Assembly (NCBI GenBank): GCA_003693705.1
Contig: RBZT01000578.1
Location: 62,001 to 126,000, forward strand
Source of the DNA: Polymyxa betae A26-41
Lineage: Eukaryota; Protista; Endomyxa: Phytomyxea
Length of the DNA: 64,000 bases
Reading direction: 5' to 3'
The position numbers were made by a program, and so were the translations under genes. The notes below the pieces were generated by a model. That model saw nothing but the letters and a program-made list of their open reading frames with translations, made no database searches and was not told the DNA's origin. Shown here piece after piece: positions 48,270 through 60,856 of the stretch (positions within the stretch are counted from its first letter, which is position 1; each line of letters begins with the position of its first letter).

Positions 48270-51001
48270 TTATGGATATTCGGATTTTTGTTTACGACGT
48301 CGGCGATTCTTCTTTTTCTTGCTCATGTCTTCAGAACTGTTATTTACGACCTTCTCAGAAGTATGAGCTCTAGATGACTGAACAACATGCTTGGAATCGT
48401 CAAAGTCCTTGTGTTGTAGGAATCCGGTGGCAAACGCTTCGACTTTCGACGAGCGTCCGAGATATTGATATATGTACTCGCGAATGGCTTCGGATGACTC
48501 CAGAGTAAGTAGAAACTCAGCCAGCGACACGTCTAATAAAACATAAATCAGCCAATACGGTCAGATTAAGATATTAGGATCTCATCCCGACCGCAGTCAC
48601 TTGATATTGCAGCTAGCTGAACTTGGCACCATTCGCGGAATTCTGCAGACATTACAGGCCCACCAAAGTCATTTCGTGCCGAACTATCCGATTTCGACGA
48701 CTTTTTTGACTTGGCATCGCCCCAGAAAGGTTCATCATCAGAATCGCTATTGGACTGCTGCTGCTGAAGTTTCACAGCGGCAGTTACCGAAGACGCCGCA
48801 GGAGCTGGACGAACAGCCGCCTGATTTATGTCGGGAGCTGGACGAGCCCAAGCAGATCCTGCCACAGCAGTGCTCCAGCCTGAAGAAGTCTGATGCGGTG
48901 CGGTTTCTTTCTGCTGACAAAGAACGCGTTGTTCCTCTTCTTGGATCTGAAGCATGGATAGAGCCGCCGGCTTGAGAGCAGCACCCCAAGAAGACGCCAG
49001 AGGAGCAACTTTCGCCGCCCAGCCAGAAACGACCGGTCGCTGTGAAACTTTCGTCAATTGCATGATCTCTTCCTGTTTCTGGATCTCCAACAATGAGCGT
49101 GCAGCAGACTTGGAGGTAGCCGCACCCCAAGGAGAGGTTGGGTTGGAGACAGGTTCAGAGGGTGATTGAGAATCAGCTTCAATTTGAGCCTCATGCTGGA
49201 CAGCCTTCTTCATTGTCTGTTGAGCCTTGTGCAACTCTTCTTCTTCACGCTGAATCTCCAGCAATGATTTTACAGCGGCGTTAGTCACGGGAGAATTAAC
49301 CCAGCCGTTGTGTGGGACAGGAGAGGTGGCAGGTTGAGACGAATCAGAAGCGGATTGTGACGACGATTCAGGAACCACAGAGGCAGTGTTATCAGAAGGG
49401 GTGCTGTCAAGATAGACATCAACTAAATCGGAACAGGAGGGTTCCTCAACAACCTCCATCTCCGGTTTGGTCTGAGAAACTGCCACCTCAGGTTCACCGA
49501 CCTGCTCCTGATCAACAGAAGAAACGACACCAGTTGCGGCATAACAGGAAGGGTCTTGTACAGGAATCGGCTGTGAAATTTCAGCATGCAAAGTGGAAGC
49601 AGAGGATAGAGGCTCCGGAACGGAAGCGATCGGCTCCGGCGCTTTCGACTCTACACGATGATCACCGACGACATTGAGCTGGGACGACGCTGGAGTCGCC
49701 GTCGCGAACGGCATCCAAGGCGTCGCTTGCCGAATAACATCGGGATTTGGTGCCTGGCGGGAAATCCACGCTTCCACCGGCTGGTCCATAACCGGTGGGA
49801 CCAAAGGCGTACTGGGAAATGGTATCGTGGACCTGAACATTGACTGTTGTTGGGATGGCGTTACGTACGAATGAGGGTAGTAGGTTGGCGGCTGTGGCTG
49901 GAACATTGGCATAACACGCTGTTGCATAGGATGAACAGGAATGTATGGCTGGGGGGCAGGTGGCGGTGCTCGATGCGACTCGATCGGCGCCGCCATCACC
50001 ATAGGTACGTGATCAAGGAAGGCAGGGTCGCCCTGTAAGAACAAAGCACCAAGCGGAGTGAAAGGCTGATCGGGATGACAGCGAACTGGAAGCGTGAGCT
50101 GGAAGTAGCTCTGCTGGTACCAATCTCGCATCTCTTCCGAGCTGAAAGGGCCTCGAATGGTCCCAGATGGGTCCTGATACCACCACGAGTCTTTCGAGAC
50201 AAGTTCCAGATGGCTCATCGGTTGAACGAGACCCTCGTCGGCGTCTTGCTGATCCGACTCAGGCAGCGGGAATCGTCGCGACTGTTCGGGCACCGATTGA
50301 CGTCGGGACAAAACGGTGGGAGATCGCCAGGCGGGCGCTTCCACAGGCGGCGCTGCATCATTCTCGATTCGTTCGGTATTGGTTTGCTCTTCATCCTCGC
50401 CGCGACGCCATGACAACGCCGCATCCGATCTGCCAATCGAAGCCCTCGACGACTTCTCAGCAAAAGACCCACGACGATGTTCCTGAGCGTCCGTGTCGTT
50501 GTTCGTACCGGGTGCGTTGTGGGAATCATGGCGCCAATTGAAACGGGTAGGTCGGTAATCGGAGGTCGAAGACGTCGTATCATCCGCAGGAGCCGGGCGG
50601 CTGCGAGAAAATGAAGAAGTTCGAGGAGGTCGTCCAGAGGAATTACGCCCTGGTTTCAGCGATACCGAGGCAGGATTGGGGCGAGCGCTCGGCATATACC
50701 AGGTCCCGGATTCGAGAATATCACGTTCGGAGACGGACGGCGGCTCCGAATTCACTGGTGCTTGGCATTCACTGGAAACAACAGGCATGGAGAATTGGTA
50801 ATCGGTTGGCGGACGATCCGTTGGAGAGTACATCGCTAGCATTTCCGCCTTCGTATACCGACAAGGAACGGCCGGCGCCGATGCCGGAGCCTGGCGAGGC
50901 GGCAGTTGCAATGATGGCCGTTGCGATGTCGGTGGCGGTTTCGACACCAGCCGCGGGGCGGCGACAACCGAGTTCCATTCGCGACCAGCGTGTGACGACA
51001 T
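48270..51001 (-). CDS. GYF-domain protein (GIGYF/SMY2-like)
   Basis: N-terminal 4E-family-binding-like motif RYTKAEMLAMY, GYF domain WWYQDPSGTIRGPFSSEEMRDWYQQSYF, SLLEIQ.EEE repeats, and C-terminal FREWC...LAEFLLTLES...YIYQYLG. Confidence 0.85.
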
Positions 51002-51659
51002 TTGACGAGAGAGCTGAGTAGCAGCTGGCCTGTATGTATGAAGAGAGGGTTGTTACGAGATGGAATCAGAGCCTGAATGATGACGGAACCAGGAATAGTC
51101 CGTGACGCAATATTGATTGAGCGATTGTTAACAAGAGAAAGGTTTTGGCGGATCTGTAACCGTCACCTTCCGAGACCTAGTCATCAAACATCCTGGTTCG
51201 GTGCCGCTCACAACGATAGGGGTCGGTTGCAGAGGGCATCCGTGGTGGCCACAGGCCAGTCTCAGACTGAGCTCTGACGGGCGCTTCCGTGCTTTCGATG
51301 GTGTCGATAAGATGAAGATCGGTGTCGCAGAAATGGAGTGTTTTTAGATTGTTGAATATTTAGCCTGGAATATTGGGCTACTGCGCTGGAGTAAGCATCA
51401 AACTTGTACTGTACGATGCCAAATCACGCTTTCGCTGCGCGAAGGTCTCATATGAAGTTTGGGTTCTTATCAGACCAATATTTAATAAAATATGTGGTTG
51501 CTGCCTCTAAGCCTTGCTTAATCTGTGCCTTTACTGCAGCTGCTATTTTCTCTCTGTTTCAGTCTTATCTCGCTACATGGTTTTAATGCGTGACTGTTTC
51601 TATAGACGATAAGAGGACGCCATCATCGTTAGGCCTGTCTTTGCAGTCTGATCGTCGCA

Positions 51660-54172
51660 GAGTCGGCCATTGACTTTATATGCCCATGCGAATCGGATGA
51701 AATCCGAGCATGAGATCGCCATCAGCGCCAAGGACGAAGAAATACGGCGCCTGCGAGACGGTTCGCTGCCGTCTCGCCTGTTCCCTTAGTTGATTGTAGT
51801 TTCAGAGTTGAATGGGCATATGCAGGATCTGATTGGGCTGGGATTCGAGCATGGCGCCCCAAATAAATTGGCGCATCTGCTCTTTGATAACCGATTCAAG
51901 CAGGATCCGAAAGAAGGCGAGATGATGGCTTCCTTTCAAGGCAAATCCTGGGCTGAGATCGCCAATCAGGTTCCTGAAATCGACGAACAAGTGAAAGGTA
52001 GCTTAATAGATGTTAGGCTGTTTATCGATTCAGAGACTGATGACAGAATCGTTGTTGTTGAAAAGGACAGCTCGAGACAGTGATCAGCTCTCGCTGGTCA
52101 CTTGTACACACTGTCGTCGAATCATGTCGGCGATCGTCTTTCTTACCCATCTCGGTATCCTCTATAACGCTATGCTGGTTTCAGCATCTGATTGCGATTA
52201 GACGCATGCTCGCCTGTATCAGCAAAACAGATTGACAATGAAGGGTTCCATTTGTCAAACAAAGTGGCGTCACAAGACGAAACAGAAAGTTGATCGTCAA
52301 CTGCCCAAATCGTATCATTTGCTTATTTGAATTCCAGTGAAAATGTCTTCAAATGTGGATATGGTTGTCGATGAACTAGGCGATGTGTCTATGAGCTCAG
52401 CCAACCATAATGAGACGATTTCCACCAAATTTGATTTTCTGAAAGGGTACAAATTTCGTCAGAAAGGTTCGCTACAGGATATTCTTATGTATTGCTGTTT
52501 CAATTGCTGGCTGTATAGTTGAATCGTTTGCGAGCTATCCTCTAAACCACCTCCAGATCACGTTCACAAGAAAGGCAGGTTTTTCGATTTGCGAGTTCTC
52601 ATTGATATACTTAATATTGTTAGTTACGATATCCTTGTATACCGAGACCAGGAGAGAATTACCTTCGCAAGATCAATAGGAAACGGACTTATGTTCGCGA
52701 TCTGCTGCTGATTCAGGCACCGGTTCCAAAAGGACAGAATCCAGTGAAAGATGGTAAACCTAAACGCAAGCTTATTTCAGCAATGCAACGTCATGTTCTG
52801 CCTACACCAATGAACATCCTAAATCCTGCTGCTCCGTCGTAATTCTGTTCAATTTAGTAGTGATTATGCGTCTGATGTTTTGATAAGGACACCATTGGCA
52901 ACCAATGCAACCGATTCGCCCAAGATGCCTCGTACAGGTTCGGGTATGTTTCTATTTAACTTCGTCTCTAAAGCTACGATTACAGCTTCCAACAATAATG
53001 TTTTACAAATGTCTGCACACATGGCAGCAGCCCGGCAGGTTTGTCTGCCTCACTCCTTCATCATTCCTTTGTGACAGTTATACAGGTCATGCTGAACTCT
53101 CAAAGAGCAGCGGCAGCCGTTGCAGCCGCCAACCATGTCTCCCCGGTCGATGCTCGGCTTCACCAGCAACAACAACAACAACAACAACAGCAACAACAGC
53201 AACAGTTCTTGCTGGCCCAGCAACAGAAGCATCTGGTTGACCTCTTCCCATTCTCAGCGCCTTTCTAACTGCTGTATCAGCAAATGCAATTGCAGCTGCA
53301 GCAGCAACAGCAACAACATCTTCATCACCAACTACAGCAGAAACTACAGCAGCACCCATTACAGGCCTCATCGCCTTCCCAATTACAGCAGTCACCGATC
53401 CCGCCCGCAGCAAACTTGCAGCAACAAATCCAACGTTTGTCGAACTTCGCGGCCGCGCTGCCTCAGTTGCAAGCTCAGGCTCAACAGCCGCCATCCGCTC
53501 AGCCCGGTTTAAATTTCGATTCGCAATTACTCCAAAAAAATATCGCTGCCATGTCAATGGGTCTGACGTCCGCCAGGCCAGCCATGGCATCGGTAAGCAC
53601 TGCTGCCAAACCTGCTCGAAAATCGAAAGCAAAACCGAAAAAAAATGCCCAAACGCAACAGCAGCAACCAGAGCAACGATTCGATTCCCGAGGTAAGCTA
53701 TTGTCATTCAAAGTTGGCTGACTCAATGAAATATCGATAGCTGTTTCTGCGGCTGCTGTCAGGTCGTCTCCCATTGTGCATGGGCAGGCGTCTTTGGTAA
53801 TGCCCACAGATTTCTTGAAGCACAAAGTTCTTATTGAATTTTAAGGCGATGGATTCTGTCAATTCGCCAGCGTTAGCAGGGCTCGACCAGAAGCCAGAAG
53901 TCGTCGTCGCCAGGCCTGCGATCTCGGTTGACAGCAAACCGATGTTGCAACCACCTCATCAACAGCAGCGAATTAACTTAACGGCCGAACAGAAATGTAA
54001 ACTGACCATTTCTGATTTTCAGCATTGATTGATTCGTTGCCACAGTGAAATTATTATTGTCCACATCGGATTTAACGGTTCTGGAGCTTGGCAACGAACC
54101 AACCTTGCCGACGTTATTACCGAATAGTAAAAACAACACCGGGATTCCCAGCACAAACCCCAGGCCTTTTTA
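51660..54172 (+). CDS. Ataxin-7/Sgf73-like zinc-finger protein with polyglutamine tracts, ends uncertain
   Basis: Spliced FQGKSWAEI...LSLVTCTHCRRIMSAIVFLTHL|DAC (C-x2-C-x11-H-x3-C), then Q-rich exons at 53161-53225 and 53281-53450. Confidence 0.5.
53161..53205 (+). repeat. CAA/CAG trinucleotide microsatellite (polyQ)
   Basis: caccagcaacaacaacaacaacaacaacagcaacaacagcaacag encodes H followed by Q14. Confidence 0.9.
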
Positions 54173-55003
54173 ATCAAATATACTACCAAAAATGTGGTTA
54201 AATTCGAAACAAAATTATGGATTTATGTCTTGGAAATTGTTATTTTCTCGAACAGCTCCCTGTTTCTTTCCCAGATTGTTCCAGGAGAGTATGGGTATAA
54301 TCGTAGGGCATTTTTCACATCGCTCTGTCGATGCAATTGAAATGGCGACCGATTTACATTATCGGGCTCGATGTCTGAAGACAACAACAAAGTTAGGCAC
54401 ACCGGAAATCAAACCTTTCCTGACTACCCCTTAGCAAAGGCTTGGTTGAAAGACAGAAATTTGCAGAATGCCATATAAAAATTTTCAAACATTTAATTGG
54501 AGACCGCGTGAAAGCAGATCGGGCAAACCTTGAGACTACAAAGTCGTTCTGTAAGAGTATCCGAACCTGGCTTCGTATCTAAAAGCGAGGCGCTCTCCGC
54601 CAAGACTTTAGCCACTCTTCACTCAATTCCTGGCATGTACTAGAAACATTATCAACTATTCATCGACTCCAAACATGAAAACAGCATAGAGACAATTCGA
54701 AGCCCATCATCGCAAGCTTTTTGTGCGAACGGACAGAACCCACGAGGATGATCGCGTTTTAGATACAATCACTGGTGGCCTTGGACTACAGGACAGACAA
54801 TGGTCATGATAACGATTGTCAGTCTTGCAGCAGCCTAAACGCGAAACCCCTGAATCAGTAAAATCCCACGGTTTGCTACCCACAAAAAATTAAAATAATG
54901 AGGCAAAAGCAATAAAAGCTGGATATCTGCAGCTCTAAGCCAGTCCTAACTTCTCTCATACAATCGTCTCGATAAAGGATCATGACTGATGTAAGATGAT
55001 TGG

Positions 55004-55513
55004 GTGATTCACATCATCGGTCGGGAGTCCTTCCTCTTGTTACATTCTTATAATCCTATGGAAACCCTAAACGAAAAAATACCCGCTGAAAGCATTCTTA
55101 AACAAGACGAGACTCGTGAAACTCAAGATGCCCGAATCGAGAGACTCGTGAACCATATCGCGTCCTTAGACACCATTGACATGTCTCGCAAACATAACCG
55201 TGAACAATGCTACGTTCTCCAAGAATTCGTAGAGAAGCAGGCTTCGATAGCGACACAGACTCATAGCATATCATGTCAACGATGTCCACGGATTGAACGG
55301 CTCGAATCCAAGATGCAGGCCATAATTGCTTCCATTTCCCAGTGTAATCTCTATCTGGCTAACATCATTTTAAAGATCGAGACCGTCAACCTTGCCATCG
55401 AGGATCCCAGACAGTCTCGGCTTCATCACGAACGGACCAGACAGAGGCTGTTGAGCATGGAACGACACTTTGATCGCATTTATGAAAGGTTTCACGAATA
55501 TTTGGGCAAATAA
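55004..55513 (+). CDS. Hypothetical coiled-coil protein
   Basis: 169-codon ORF (first ATG at 55058) with helical heptad-like composition. No domain recognised. Confidence 0.45.
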   Translation: MIHIIGRESFLLLHSYNPMETLNEKIPAESILKQDETRETQDARIERLVNHIASLDTIDMSRKHNREQCYVLQEFVEKQASIATQTHSISCQRCPRIERLESKMQAIIASISQCNLYLANIILKIETVNLAIEDPRQSRLHHERTRQRLLSMERHFDRIYERFHEYLGK

Positions 55514-55519
55514 AGGTTA

Positions 55520-57089
55520 CTAGCCGACACTTTGCAAACGGGCATTGCCCTGATCATTAAACGATCCGCGTTTTTCGTATCCAGCCTTCCTTAAAGCCCT
55601 GTCTTTTCTCTGTAGTTCTTCCAGCTCCACCTTCTTTGTCTGCGCTAACTCAAAATCGCCCTGAGCTAAAGCAGTTAAATCGGCTCGATAACGCGAATCA
55701 GAAGGCAGTGGATTGTCAACAGGTTCGGCAAGAGAGCTTAGCGACTTCCGAACATCAAAAAGAACCCTGCCGTTGCTTCTGATTTCATTAATCCAAGATC
55801 CCTCGATAGAGTCAACTTGCAATCCATTCTGAAGGATGTCGCCTCTGAACGTATCTGACGGCGACCCGCTTGAAACAAACCAACTCCTACAAACACAACT
55901 GAGCACCATCCATTAGGATACCATTGAGACTAACTTTAGATAACCAATTCCGTCTGGATTGAAATTGATATGGCATGTAAGATCGTTGGTCTTGTCTTCA
56001 ATATCCATTTCGCCTAAGTACTCTGCTACTCTCTCCCCATAACTAATCAAGTCAAAACGTCGTTTGTAAGGACAAGCATGACATACAGGATACCGCTTAG
56101 CCAGAGATAGGGCAGCGTGTAAGAGATTTTGGTTCCATCAGGGAACTCAACAGTATTGGGCCCACTCTGATAGCTACAAAACTCAGCCAGAAATAAGACA
56201 GCAGCATTACCGTACCGACCCTTTGACAGCATTGCCACGCCAAGATGCTGAATACTGAGCGTGTCCATAGAGCTTATCTGTCTATGGTCTCAGCAGCAAT
56301 TCAGTCAAAATCATCATATTTACTAACACTGATCATCTGGGCCGAAAATCTGGAAGTGTGACACAGGAGGATGATGGCTGGTTTGCTCTAAATAAACTTT
56401 AGTTCCGTCTTGGAACTTTGTCTGCAGAGTCTCTCCAACTATAAATTACAATTGCTTTCATGAGCCAGTCATCCAGATAGACGTAGCCATACGAATTGGA
56501 TTGAAAGGTTTCCATTGGCGAATGTTCACGTGTAAACCGGCGATGGCGAACGCGATCACGTATTTGAAGCGTTCAACAGGGTCTGATTGTTTACTGGCTC
56601 TTGACAGCAGATCAGGAGCGCAGGACCAGGTATCCGATAATCTTCCAAGAAACGATCGAGGTTCGAAAAGTCGAACTGGAAGTGAAACACTGAACAGAAC
56701 GGTTAGGAAGCATTAAAGATAATCTCGTAAAACATACGATATAATGTTGACAGCATTGCCAGACATTACATTCCATCCCAATGTCTTAATAAAACTCCAA
56801 ACGACACGACGCTGTTTGAAACTTCAATAACGATGAAAGAAGTGCCAAAAGACATCAGACTTGAATATCGATTGCATCGTTGTCTTTGAAGACTAAACCT
56901 CCTTTGGCATAAACATTAGAAACATCGCCGATCGCCTGCTGGTCTCTTTCTGGGACCATGTATTCAAAAATTCGAAATAGCGTACATGAATCCGCTACCC
57001 AGCGCCAATCGCAAAGCCTGGTCGAGCTCATTCTGGTCGGTCTCGCCTTCGATCTCAGGCGGCATATTATCTGGAGTCGGATTCGGCAT
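55520..57089 (-). CDS. Oxysterol-binding protein (ORD-only)
   Basis: VSLPVRLFEPRSFL, WKPFNPI|VGET, the signature EQTSHHPPVS, and C-terminal LPSDSRYRADL...KVELEELQRKDR. Confidence 0.9.
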
Positions 57090-57530
57090 CGGATGGTTTG
57101 CAGGACAATGAGATCAGCAGAGGCCCGTCTGCAATTGATAGGGACGGATGTGACCCCATTTTACCCCGCGGCACCATAACAAGGCGTAGCCACATCTAAC
57201 ATCACAGATCCATCCAAGGCGTTGTTCAGCTCTATGTAAGGCTGTATTGCAGCTAAACGCTATCGACCAATTTCGATATCAGTAGTTGTAAGTATATCAA
57301 GTGATTTGTGAGAGCACGAATTGTAATTAGAAATTTCATGTGGATAAACCCCCATTCCGAAGGAAGTCTCATACTATCGATAAAGAATTCCTCGAGTTAA
57401 AAATAACAATCTTTTCCACTTCTACCCACGATGCGAATATTTTGCAATAAAACACATACAGCAAAATAGAGAGATAGATTTCTAGAATCCTGACAGACAA
57501 GCAGTAAGGCTATTATGGCATATTTACAAA

Positions 57531-57752
57531 TTAACGAAGCGTGAGTGAACTCGAAAAAGCATCAAAGTCCAGGACACTTTCGTTTCTGGCTTTAGGGTGG
57601 GGAGAATCCTCTGGATAGTCCTTGGATTTTCGCTTTGGGCTCACAGCGCGAGTGTCGAGTTGAGAGAGGGCAGCTGTCAGATTCAACTTGGGGGAAGGAA
57701 CGACGGCATTTTGCTGATCTGGATGACCCAAAACCATTTGTGGACGAAACAT
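57531..57752 (-). CDS. Short hypothetical protein or terminal exon
   Basis: 73-codon SP-rich ORF preceded by an acceptor-like tttcag. Confidence 0.3.
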   Translation of the reverse strand: MFRPQMVLGHPDQQNAVVPSPKLNLTAALSQLDTRAVSPKRKSKDYPEDSPHPKARNESVLDFDAFSSSLTLR

Positions 57753-58265
57753 GTAAGAGCTGAAAGAAGTCAGAACGTGAGGCCTCAGTGTTTAGGCAGC
57801 AATTTGAATGAATCAAGATAAACAACACAACCAGTATCGACCAGATGGAATTGACTCAACCTTTTTAAGTCAGAGGAGCAAACAACCACTATAAGTATCA
57901 AAGATTATTAGCAATAAATCTGAGTGAAGGTAGGAGAGAAGAATAAAGAGATCATAATCTAATTAGGACGCGCTCAGATTGGCAGCAGTTATTCATAAAT
58001 CATCGTATAGCGAGGGATTCATAACAGAAAATAATCAAAATAACAATGACACATAACGCTTTAGCTCCCGAAGACATATAAGACGATGGTGAATAATTGA
58101 AGCGGAATGAAGTCCTGCTGATATCGGAAGGATAATGAGATGCTACAATAAATGACGCATCTGAAAAAACAAAGAGATATCAAATTGACACCGCTTTCCA
58201 CTTTATATTGAAGTCAGAAGCTTCGATACCAGAGCCAAACATATAATCAATAGAATGTGCCATTA

Positions 58266-59414
58266 TTAACTGCTCCCATTGTTGTTGTTTTCGTTTGCAG
58301 AATCTTGCAGTAGAGTAGGACATGATCTCATACCATGCGAAGTCTTGCCGCAGTTGCCGCAAATATGGGCATAATTGCACGGCTTGTTTGGGCAAGATCG
58401 AGAATTGAAATAGATACAGACAAGAGTACCTTCTAGACTCCGAGCAAACCTATAATAAGAGCGAGCTGGGCGAGAACCTTCCTCATGCTTAGTCGAGCCA
58501 CGAGGTAATCGCTCGCGCGACCGCGACCGCCCTCTAGATGTATGCCTGGAAGATCTCGGCGAGCGACTACGCGATCTACGGCCACGGTCGCCACGATCTT
58601 GTCTGTAAAAATTAGAGCGAGAAAAGCGAGCGCGATGCTGCTGAGAAAGGAGAACCAGAAAATCTCCTTGTTCAGTTGTTTCAATACGGATATCTTGTCC
58701 GGGCAAATTAGCCAGTATTTCCTCGAAAGTAGCATTTGGAAATGAAGGGAGTTCTCTCCGATAACGTCTATGATATAAACGTGCGAGAGATTGTAACTCA
58801 ATACGATCAGAGTGATCATGTAAAAGACGCTCAAGCTCGCGTCCGAAACGGCCAAGCTCTTCGCGAACATTCCTGTTGTCAGGATCAGGGTTTTCAGACG
58901 TATCGCGATTCCAAGTAGCAGGAGTTTCTGAGCCTGGGGTACCGCCTGCAGTTTCCTCAGGTTCAGGTTCGTGGCCTCTATCCATATCATGATCTTGGTC
59001 TTCATGCTTGGGACGTACTAAATCGTGGTCAGGTTCTTCGCGTCTTTCTGGGGAAGCAGTTTTAGACGAAGTTTTGCACGACATCGCTGGCGAAATGCAG
59101 CGTTCTTGAGTAAGAGCTGTAACACGTTGTTCATGCTTCTGCAGCACATGTGAAGCGAAAGCACGCATCTGATCACAGAAAAGAATCGACTTTTCTGCAA
59201 AAATCTTCATATCGTTCATAAGCGGCTCCCCAGGAGAGATCCTATCCGGATCTGAATTTATCTCCTTCATCACATTAGAGAGCAGCGCTTTTGTAGTGGC
59301 ATGGGCTTCAATCTCGGACTCGAGGCGGGCCTTGAGTGATTGATTGTCCGATTCTAAGGTTGAAAACCGTTTAGCAAACTCGCTGATGATGGCCGAATTG
59401 TTGGTTTGCTGCAT
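58266..59414 (-). CDS. Coiled-coil + LOTUS/OST-HTH + RS-rich + CCCH/CCHC zinc-finger protein
   Basis: Intronless. LOTUS-like LERLL...IELQSLARLYHRRYRREL...FEEILANLP, then RSRSRSPRSSR, and terminal CIYFNSRSCPNKPCNYAHICGNCGKTSHGMRSC. Confidence 0.7.
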   Translation of the reverse strand: MQQTNNSAIISEFAKRFSTLESDNQSLKARLESEIEAHATTKALLSNVMKEINSDPDRISPGEPLMNDMKIFAEKSILFCDQMRAFASHVLQKHEQRVTALTQERCISPAMSCKTSSKTASPERREEPDHDLVRPKHEDQDHDMDRGHEPEPEETAGGTPGSETPATWNRDTSENPDPDNRNVREELGRFGRELERLLHDHSDRIELQSLARLYHRRYRRELPSFPNATFEEILANLPGQDIRIETTEQGDFLVLLSQQHRARFSRSNFYRQDRGDRGRRSRSRSPRSSRHTSRGRSRSRERLPRGSTKHEEGSRPARSYYRFARSLEGTLVCIYFNSRSCPNKPCNYAHICGNCGKTSHGMRSCPTLLQDSANENNNNGSS

Positions 59415-59998
59415 TGGGTTAACCAAACCAGATCGTGACAAGACGCTGCCGAAGGACGACCAGATAGTGATTATGAAGGCACGACAAGCGACTGATGGGC
59501 TGCTGTTGCTTTTTTAGGCTGGTCACACACTGAAACAAAAAAACTGCGAATCCGCACTTTCACTTTCCGGCCACTGGACGGGCGAGACAATATGGTTCCA
59601 TATTAAGGCATTCCATGGCAAAGCGATTTCTACTTTGCACTCCGCATATGATGATCCGTTTTTGCCCTTCTGTCTGTACATTTTGAACTTTCTCTTTCAC
59701 TTGTCACCAGTATAAATCACTCTTCTGATAAAGTATTCGTGGACAGTTTGCAAAAGGAAAAGAAATCAACATTGTTTTTCAAGCGTTTTCTCATTTACGA
59801 CTTGTTTTGCAATATGATTGAAATTAGTTGCAGATTCAGCTGACAATCTTGTGCCTGAAAACTTAGATATGCAGAACGGGTACCCTATAATCTCCGCCTC
59901 CTACTGTAAGTCTGTAACTCTATGGGAAATGAGAACACGTATCTTTACTGTGTACATTTGACCTCGTTCACAGATCAATCCTATCTGTCAGTGAAATC

Positions 59999-60600
59999 AT
60001 GAATGACGTCAAATCGTTGATGCAGCGAGTTCGTATTTCCAAGCCACATCGAACCACATTGACTAGAAGATCGACCGATTCGATCCTGCCCAGCAGGCCG
60101 ATTGTACCTTGGCTAGTGACGACGGGCGAATCAATATGTTTGGATCAAACCATGTCTGTCTTTCTCAATGGAAATCCCTTTGATAATTAATCTAAATTGC
60201 ATAGAACATCCAGTTTGAGCATATCGGGAGGCACAGCATCGCGAACGACAAGTCGGCACGATTCTCTGTCTTTAGAAGGCGACGGTGCACTCAATATTGC
60301 TTCCATCATGGAAAAGGTTACGAATCTTACAATCTTTTCGCATGATATTGAAATATCGTTTAGGTCCGCCATGCTAACGAGAGTCAAACAGCCAAGACAG
60401 CGACACAACCAGTCGTTCGAGTGACACCAAATGAATTCGCGACTTCACGAGGAATGTGCCTGCAAGGATTCTTGAATATCCTCAAAGAGGAGCAGCAAGA
60501 CTTGGCTCTTGACGGGCAATCGCAAGTCGACTTTAACGTCATCTTACAAAGCTTTGTGAAATCGCTGGGGCCCAGCGCTCCGGATCCACTTTTCGAGTAA
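59999..60600 (+). CDS. Hypothetical small spliced protein
   Basis: Exon-like open frames ending ...LGPSAPDPLFE TAA at 60598-60600. No domain recognised. Confidence 0.3.
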
Positions 60601-60856
60601 ACTATTATACTTTGGTGGAATAAATACAATAATTTATATAAAAAGAGGTGCACAGAGCTTTTTTTGTACAGAGTTGTATCAGCTTTAGCATAACGTCTTT
60701 TTGTAAGCTGAAAAACATATATTTTTTTTTCAGAAATGTTTTTCAAAATCCGGAGTGCGTGGCGGAGTTGATCGATTTCTTGGCGGAATCTTGTTGCTGA
60801 CCTGAAAAATCAAACTTTGTCAGGGAGCTTCTTCCTGTAATTAATTTGCCTTGTCG

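Noticed and set aside
48601-51021. Multiple plus-strand ORFs overlapping the GYF gene
   Set aside because: They are antisense frames of a GC-rich long exon with no independent domain signal.
53087-53707. 206-aa hydrophobic minus-strand ORF
   Set aside because: It is an antisense shadow of the CAA/CAG polyQ exons.
55060-55071. Single aaaccctaaa telomere-like unit
   Set aside because: It is one copy inside a probable coding start and compatible with chance.
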